From an uncultured Bacillota bacterium (GTDB taxonomy: Bacteria > Bacillota > Clostridia > Lachnospirales > Lachnospiraceae): a DNA stretch of 64,000 nucleotides. A program made the position numbers and the translations under genes. The stretch is from NCBI GenBank assembly GCA_905200905.1, contig CAJKMA010000003.1:151-64150 (forward strand), in the 5' to 3' direction. Below are positions 57,733-64,000 of the stretch, one piece after another. The notes beneath the pieces were generated by a model. The model worked only from the letters and a program-made list of their open reading frames with translations, ran no database searches and had not been told where the DNA came from. How positions within the stretch are numbered: position 1 is the first letter of the stretch; each line of letters begins with the position of its first letter.

Positions 57733-59070
57733 ATGAAAATAAGAAAAGTTTTAGCGTTAACAGTAAGCGCAATGATGATGGCATCTTTAGGCTTGACAGG
57801 ATGTGGAAAATCTGGAAATTCTGGAAGTAGTGACGGGAATAAAGAATCCAAGGGAGATTCGGATAGTGTAACACTAAAATGGATTTCACAAGGGCCAGGC
57901 GAGGATTCTTGGGAAGGTCTTACGAAGCCAATATTAGAAGAATATGAAAAAGAAACAGGAGTACATATTGATGCGGAGTTTTATGCATTCAATGATTTGT
58001 TTGAGGTTATCGAAACAAAATCTGCTGCAGGAAATGCAGATTTTGATGTTATGAGTGTTGATGTTACCTATATTTCTAAATATGGTACTAGCGGATATTT
58101 GGAACCATTAGATAAATATTTTTCTGATGAAGATAAAGCAAAATGGGATTCAGCTTCTTATCAGGCGGGGGTCTGGGAAGATACTATGTATGCAGCACCT
58201 GAGAATACATCTACGCAGGAGTTATATTATAATAAGACTTTGCTTGATAAAGCAGGTATCACAATTCCAGAAAATGATGAGAATAATAGACTTACATATG
58301 AGCAGATTGCAGATTTGGCAAAACAGGCATTAGAAAAATTAGATCCAGACGGAACACAGGGATTGATTGGTTTTGATTTCCAGCAGGTAAGCCGTGTATA
58401 TCAGATGAATATGCTTGCAAATTCTATGGGAGGAAAAAATATTAGTGAAGATGGTTTTTCATTAGATGGTGTTGTGAATACAAAACCTTGGATTGATGCA
58501 ATGACATGGTATCAGAACCTGGTAGAGGAAGGAATTGCTTCAAAAGGATATGATGCAGATCAGTTAGGTGATCAGTTTTATGCAGGTAAAATGTTATTCT
58601 TAGTAGGTGGTACTTGGACAGCTTCAGGTATGAAAGTTGAGGATGAAATTGGATGTACATATGCACCTTGTTTTGAAGGTTTTGAGGATGAAGTAGCAAC
58701 TTCTACAGGTAGTTGGTATTTTGGAATCAATTCTAATTCAAAAAATAAAGATGCAGCGGCAGATTTTATTAAATGGTTTACTTTGGAAAAAGGTAGCGAT
58801 ATGTGGTTAGAAGCAAATGGAGATGTACCTAGCCGTTTGGATAAGCAAGAAGAGATTAAAAATGATCCAAATGCTTCCATGAGCATGAAAATTGCTGCAT
58901 ATGAAGCTGCAAATACAGCTGTTCCTCGTGCGGTAACTCCTGTATTTGGTGAATATTCTACGGTGCTAGATCAGGCATGGGAGGATGTTCGAAATGGAGC
59001 GGATGTGAAAGAAACTCTTGATAATGCCATAGAGCAGTTTGATTCTGCTATAGCTGCATATAAAAAATAA
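57733..59070 (+). CDS. ABC substrate-binding lipoprotein (sugar/nucleoside)
   Basis: Lipobox LTGC; LYYNK; precedes two permeases. Confidence 0.9.
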   Translation: MKIRKVLALTVSAMMMASLGLTGCGKSGNSGSSDGNKESKGDSDSVTLKWISQGPGEDSWEGLTKPILEEYEKETGVHIDAEFYAFNDLFEVIETKSAAGNADFDVMSVDVTYISKYGTSGYLEPLDKYFSDEDKAKWDSASYQAGVWEDTMYAAPENTSTQELYYNKTLLDKAGITIPENDENNRLTYEQIADLAKQALEKLDPDGTQGLIGFDFQQVSRVYQMNMLANSMGGKNISEDGFSLDGVVNTKPWIDAMTWYQNLVEEGIASKGYDADQLGDQFYAGKMLFLVGGTWTASGMKVEDEIGCTYAPCFEGFEDEVATSTGSWYFGINSNSKNKDAAADFIKWFTLEKGSDMWLEANGDVPSRLDKQEEIKNDPNASMSMKIAAYEAANTAVPRAVTPVFGEYSTVLDQAWEDVRNGADVKETLDNAIEQFDSAIAAYKK

Positions 59071-59176
59071 TTGATAGATTTGATATGGCGGCATGTCCTA
59101 ACCGATATTCCGCCATTTTTAAGTAAGAAAAGAAAACGTTAATAGATATTTTGATTCGGAAAGATAGGAGGATACT

Positions 59177-60034
59177 ATGGGTGGTATCTATATTAAAAAT
59201 AAATGGCTTCCATATCTTTTAATATTGCCAACGATTGTTTTGATTTGCATATTTAAGATTTATCCTATTATTGATAGTGTTGTACAAGGGGTTCTTTCTC
59301 AGGAAGGTAGTTTTACACTTGAAAATTATAAATTGTTATTTGCAGATAAAACGTTTTGGAATTCTTTATGGGTTACTTTAAAATTTAACATTATTATAAT
59401 ACCTCTTCAGATTATAATTGCATTTATTATGGCAATGATAGTGAATGTTAAAGTGAAAGGGATTGAAATTTTCAGAACAGTTTTTTATCTGCCATTTTGC
59501 ATTTCTTTGACTATTGCGACAGTCATCTGGCAGATGATGTTGAATGTTAATAACGGAGTAGTAAATAGTATTCTTGGGATTTTAGGTATTCGTCCAATAG
59601 GTTTCCTTATTGATAAAAAATGGGCTCTTTTGTCGATTGTTTTAATTGCATCATGGAGAGGTTGTGCATATTGGATGATGTTTATTTTAGCAGGTTTAAA
59701 AGGAATTGATACTGCTGTTTATGAGTCAGCGAAAATTGATGGTTCTGGATTTTTCAGCACACTATTTAGAATAACAATTCCATTGCTAAAAAACACATTA
59801 CTCTTTGTATTTATAGCAAATACTACAGCCAATTTTTTACTTTTTGCTCCAATTCAGATTGCTACAGAAGGTGGTCCTCAGGGAAGCACTAATGTCTTAA
59901 TGTATGAAGCATATAAATCAGCATTTAAGTATTCAAATAGACCAAGACAGGCGTGTATTGTAACTATACTGCTTATTATTGTTATGCTTATATGTTTTAT
60001 TCAGAATAAATGTTTAACGGAAAAGGAGGCGTAA
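59177..60034 (+). CDS. Carbohydrate ABC permease
   Basis: YESAKIDGS. Confidence 0.9.
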   Translation: MGGIYIKNKWLPYLLILPTIVLICIFKIYPIIDSVVQGVLSQEGSFTLENYKLLFADKTFWNSLWVTLKFNIIIIPLQIIIAFIMAMIVNVKVKGIEIFRTVFYLPFCISLTIATVIWQMMLNVNNGVVNSILGILGIRPIGFLIDKKWALLSIVLIASWRGCAYWMMFILAGLKGIDTAVYESAKIDGSGFFSTLFRITIPLLKNTLLFVFIANTTANFLLFAPIQIATEGGPQGSTNVLMYEAYKSAFKYSNRPRQACIVTILLIIVMLICFIQNKCLTEKEA

Positions 60035-60038
60035 GGTT

Positions 60039-60887
60039 ATGACACTGAAACAAAAAAGAATTACCAAAAAAGTTATTATATATATAGTGTTAGTGATTAT
60101 GACGATTGCGTCTTTATTTCCCATTTTCTTCTGCTTATCCGCATCTTTAAGAACGCAGGATGATTTATTTAGGAATATGTTTCCATTCACTATAAAATCT
60201 TTAATTCCTACTAATTTTACGGGAGAAAATTACAGTATAATTTTTACGAAATATGAATTTTGGCGCCCAATTGCGAATACAATGATTGTAACAGTATTTT
60301 CTATTATTTTTGGATGTCTGATTAATTCGATGGCAGGATTTGCGTTTACCTGTTTTGAATTTAAAGGAAAGAAAATATTTTATCCTCTAGTATTAATTTC
60401 CTTTATGGTTCCATTTGAGGCAATTGCAATTCCGTTATACAATGTTGCTAATAGATTTGGTATGGTTGATACCTATACGGGGATGATAATACCAGCAATT
60501 GCAGATGGCTTGGTTACATTTTTGTTTATTCAATTTTTCAAAGATATTCCACCAAGCTTAGTGGAGGCTGCAAGGGTAGATGGAGCAAAATGGCCAACTA
60601 TATTTGTGAAAGTGATTATGCCAATTTCAATTCCAGTCTTTGTAACTGCTGGACTTATGATTTTTATGAATCAATGGAATTCTTATATGTGGCCTCTTTT
60701 GGTGGCACGATCTAAGGAGATTAGAACCATACAGATTGCAATTAGCCAATTTAGTGGAGAGCGTTCTATTCAGTGGACATATATCTATGCAGGCTCAATG
60801 ATATCAGCCATTATTCCAATTTGTTTGTTCCTTCCATTCCAGAAATATTTTGTTGAAGGTATCACGGCAGGAAGTGTAAAAGGATGA
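60039..60887 (+). CDS. Carbohydrate ABC permease
   Basis: EAARVDGA, WNSYMWP. Confidence 0.9.
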   Translation: MTLKQKRITKKVIIYIVLVIMTIASLFPIFFCLSASLRTQDDLFRNMFPFTIKSLIPTNFTGENYSIIFTKYEFWRPIANTMIVTVFSIIFGCLINSMAGFAFTCFEFKGKKIFYPLVLISFMVPFEAIAIPLYNVANRFGMVDTYTGMIIPAIADGLVTFLFIQFFKDIPPSLVEAARVDGAKWPTIFVKVIMPISIPVFVTAGLMIFMNQWNSYMWPLLVARSKEIRTIQIAISQFSGERSIQWTYIYAGSMISAIIPICLFLPFQKYFVEGITAGSVKG

Positions 60888-60901
60888 TAGGAGAAAACAG
60901 T

Positions 60902-61831
60902 ATGAAGAAAGTTTTAGTTATCGGAAGTTTGAATTTAGACATGACGGTACAGGTGGATCATACACCTGTTGTTGGAGAAACTATTCTTAGTAAAAGAATG
61001 GATACAAATGCAGGAGGAAAAGGAGCAAATCAGGCATGCGCATTGGGAAAATTAGGAGCTGATGTTACTATTCTTGGGGCAGTTGGAAAGGATATGTATG
61101 CAGATGTTCAAATGAATAGTCTAAGCGCTGCTAATGTTAATACAAGTAGGATACTTGTTAAGGAAGATGTAGGAACTGGGCTTGCATTGATTACAGTAAA
61201 CAAAGAGGGAAATAATAATATCATAGTTGTTTCAGGAGCAAATGCAACGTTATCTCCAAAAGATATTGATGATAATTTAGATATTATAATGAAAAGTGAT
61301 ATTGTTATTTTGCAATTGGAAATACCATTAGAGACAGTATGTTATGCTGCAAAAATTGCAAAAAAACTTGGGAAAATAGTGATTTTAGATCCGGCACCAG
61401 CACCTGAAAATTTTCCAGAAGAACTTTATGCCTATGTAGATATAATAAAACCAAATGAAACTGAATTGGAAATATTAACCGGTATAGAGCATCCAGAAGA
61501 TCATTTAGAGGAAGCAACAGAGTTTATAAGAAAAAAAGGTGTGAAAGATGTAATAGTAACATTGGGAGAAAAAGGCGTTTATATGAATAGTGCAAAGCTT
61601 GGAATAGAACGTGTACCGGCAATAAGTGTGAAGGCAATCGATACAACTGCAGCAGGAGATTCTTTTACAGCAGCTCTTGCAGTTATGCTGGCAAAAGGGA
61701 AAGCTTTAAAAGATGCAGTTGAATTTGCAAATTATGTAGCAGCTATTGTGGTTACAAGAAAAGGAGCGCAATCATCTATTCCAACATTAAAAGAAGTGAT
61801 GAGTTATATCGAAGCAAAGGAAAATATTTAA
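60902..61831 (+). CDS. rbsK: Ribokinase
   Basis: GSLNLD, GGKGANQA, PNETE, DTTAAGDSF, GAQSSIP. Confidence 0.92.
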   Translation: MKKVLVIGSLNLDMTVQVDHTPVVGETILSKRMDTNAGGKGANQACALGKLGADVTILGAVGKDMYADVQMNSLSAANVNTSRILVKEDVGTGLALITVNKEGNNNIIVVSGANATLSPKDIDDNLDIIMKSDIVILQLEIPLETVCYAAKIAKKLGKIVILDPAPAPENFPEELYAYVDIIKPNETELEILTGIEHPEDHLEEATEFIRKKGVKDVIVTLGEKGVYMNSAKLGIERVPAISVKAIDTTAAGDSFTAALAVMLAKGKALKDAVEFANYVAAIVVTRKGAQSSIPTLKEVMSYIEAKENI

Positions 61832-61863
61832 AAGGTATAAATAGAATTGGACTTTACAGTGCG

Positions 61864-61898
61864 TGCAGGAGACTTCTCGTTTGGGCAAGTCTCCTGCA
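61864..61898. terminator. Hairpin between convergent operons
   Basis: TGCAGGAGACTT...AAGTCTCCTGCA. Confidence 0.7.
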
Positions 61899-61931
61899 TT
61901 ACTATTATTTTGAAAGATTTCAATGTTGCTG

Positions 61932-62882
61932 TTAGATGTTACATTTAATTTTTTTTATAGAAATTATATAAACACAGCACCCGAGAATTCCAAGAATTGC
62001 TGCCAGGCATCCAAGATGAAGATTATGTTGGAACATCTCCAGAATTTTTTCTGCCTCTTCATTTCCCATTTGTTGCAATTTCTCCAAAGCTTTCAGGACA
62101 AATCCAAAGGTTTCTCTATAATGCTCTAAATCCAAGATATTTTCTTTTGGCAAAAGGGAAGATGAAAGTTGGAGGGCTGCTGCCAGTTTGTATATTCCAA
62201 GTAAAAGCAGTGTAAGCACACCGCCATTTACCAATAAAGGCGTTTTATGTTTCCGCACATTTTTCGACAATTTCCAACTATAAATCCATATGAACAGGGT
62301 ACTTGCCAGCGCTGCCAGTAAAAGACCGAGGAAAAGGAACATGTTTGAAAAATTCTCCAGTTCTGTCATGCTGTATAACCGTTCTTCTGGCAAAAGCCCC
62401 AGTTCCTCTTTTTGCAGGTTTTCCATGTAAGGTTCTTTCCCTGTCATAGAGGACAGTTGAGGCTCTTTTTTTGGTGAAAGAGTAAGATAGAGTCCCTCTT
62501 TTCCTTGGATGGGCATAATCTTTTGTACCACAGCTCCTGGAAAGAGTTCTTTGGTTCGGTATAGAATCTTTTCGGAAAGTCCAGCGCCTTCTGGAGAGAG
62601 CATAATCTCATTTCCTTCCGTTATATACAATTCCGGAGGTACGATTTCTGCCCTGAAGCCAGATTCCCATTCACTGCCTTCTACAGACTCATACAGGTTG
62701 CCACCGCTTAAAATTTCTGAGGAATAGACTTGCATGGGTGCATTCATTTCAAGCATAGAAGGAGTCGGTTCTAAAACTTGCACTTTTACGGTCATCTGCC
62801 TTTCTATGCTGCTGGAAAGTATGGTACAGATCAGGAGCAGCCAGAATGTCCCCAGAAAAAAACAGATTGTTCTTCCTTTCAT
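61932..62882 (-). CDS. Hypothetical membrane protein, last gene of an ABC operon
   Basis: N-terminal TM, extracellular region, three C-terminal TMs; start placed at ATG 62882. Confidence 0.75.
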   Translation of the reverse strand: MKGRTICFFLGTFWLLLICTILSSSIERQMTVKVQVLEPTPSMLEMNAPMQVYSSEILSGGNLYESVEGSEWESGFRAEIVPPELYITEGNEIMLSPEGAGLSEKILYRTKELFPGAVVQKIMPIQGKEGLYLTLSPKKEPQLSSMTGKEPYMENLQKEELGLLPEERLYSMTELENFSNMFLFLGLLLAALASTLFIWIYSWKLSKNVRKHKTPLLVNGGVLTLLLLGIYKLAAALQLSSSLLPKENILDLEHYRETFGFVLKALEKLQQMGNEEAEKILEMFQHNLHLGCLAAILGILGCCVYIISIKKIKCNI

Positions 62883-62883
62883 A

Positions 62884-63660
62884 TTATTTTTCCTCCCCAA
62901 ACACAATACCCTCTACCAGCTCTTTGTTAAAACAGGAAAACAGGGCCAGCAGAGGCAAAAGAACCAGGATACAGCATACAAACTGCCGCACAGCTTGTTC
63001 TGGTGATACATAGGCCAGGGCCACGGAAAGAGGATACTTGGCAAACTCCTTCAGATAGGCAATGGGCTGTTCCACCATATTCCATGCATCCAGAAAAGAC
63101 AGAAGCCCTGCACAGACCAGTGCACCCCTGCTCATAGGTACAGCAATTCTTATCATGGTCTCCAATAAGTTACATCCATCTACCCTTGCCTGGTCAATGA
63201 CTTCATCTGACAGGCTTTTGAAGCACTGGGTCATGAGGAAGGTTCCCAAAGGCAGGAAAATCCCAGGTAAAATCAGAGCTTTTTCTGTTCCCAACATGTG
63301 CAGCTTATCCAGCATAATATAGTTGGGAACCAAAGTTACCTGCAAAGGCAGAATCATGAGGATCATCAGACAAAAATAAATCAGATTTTTCCCTGGAAAC
63401 CTGTATTTGGCAAATCCATATCCTGCCAGGGCAGAAACAGTTACCTGTCCAAGGGCAATGCAGATGCACATTCCAAGACTCTTCCAGAATCGATTCAGAT
63501 ACTGGGGAGAAGCCAGGAATACATCATAATAGGCCTGCCAGGAAAGAGCTCCTTCCCTCCAGAAACTTCCTGCCAGTACAAACACAAACGGGAACATACA
63601 AATCAAAGCCAGCAACAGGGCAAGTATTCCAGCCCCATACTGGTATGTTTTCTTGTTCAT
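62884..63660 (-). CDS. Carbohydrate-type ABC permease
   Basis: DQARVDGC, AWNMVEQP; start placed at ATG 63660. Confidence 0.88.
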   Translation of the reverse strand: MNKKTYQYGAGILALLLALICMFPFVFVLAGSFWREGALSWQAYYDVFLASPQYLNRFWKSLGMCICIALGQVTVSALAGYGFAKYRFPGKNLIYFCLMILMILPLQVTLVPNYIMLDKLHMLGTEKALILPGIFLPLGTFLMTQCFKSLSDEVIDQARVDGCNLLETMIRIAVPMSRGALVCAGLLSFLDAWNMVEQPIAYLKEFAKYPLSVALAYVSPEQAVRQFVCCILVLLPLLALFSCFNKELVEGIVFGEEK

Positions 63661-64000
63661 TCCTTGTATCCCTCCTTTTTTTGAACCCATGCATAGGAGA
63701 ATCCTATGACTACAGTGATTGCTGCAAACAACAGCACAGATGCCACAGACAATTTTCCATAATTGAGATTTTCAAAGTTATTGTTTATAAAATGCTGCAT
63801 CATGTACAATTCTTTTCCAGGATGCTCACCGCCAATAAGGAAAATTTCTCGGAAGCATTTGAATCCGTTAATCATGGCAAACAGAAGGGCGAAAAACACA
63901 GGATTCCACATTTGTGGGGTGGTAATATGCCAGAATTTCTGCCAGCTTCCGGCGCCGTCTAATTCCGAAACTGCATACTGCTCTTTTGGGATTGTCATAA
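63657..64000 (-). CDS. Carbohydrate-type ABC permease (5' end outside the window)
   Basis: YAVSELDGAG..QKFWHIT.P, FKCFREIF. Confidence 0.85.
   Translation of the reverse strand, partial: MTIPKEQYAVSELDGAGSWQKFWHITTPQMWNPVFFALLFAMINGFKCFREIFLIGGEHPGKELYMMQHFINNNFENLNYGKLSVASVLLFAAITVVIGFSYAWVQKKEGYKE

Overview
Chromosomal window from a low-GC gut Firmicute (Lachnospiraceae/Blautia-like gene content; taxonomy inferred). Bases 1 to ~10,795 are the right part of an AT-rich integrative element that ends in a large serine recombinase and appears inserted in an AraC regulator gene. It carries an HhaI-like (GCGC) restriction-modification locus with two distinct C5 methyltransferases and a C-protein, plus a Gabija (gajAB) system. 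This cargo is bracketed by two inverted oriT-like sites. Next comes an unexplained ~540-bp array of nine degenerate bipartite units (54-76 bp period) pointing into a small operon (Cys-rich ORF, hypothetical, ParB, TnpW-like, recombinase). The rest is host chromosome: a GPH transporter/esterase/BilR-like (HGDR motif) operon, a degenerate MNT-HEPN pair, CIRCE-controlled clpB, a Bce-type TCS-ABC module, two malY/patB paralogues, a sugar ABC transporter with a NahK/nucleotidyltransferase/GalE cluster, hslO, nadE, an aromatic amino-acid decarboxylase with LysR, addBA, a nucleoside/ribose utilisation locus with a LacI-PfkB fusion, and the end of another ABC operon. No rRNA, tRNA or CRISPR was recognised. 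All family assignments come from motif recognition and recalled sequences, not database searches.
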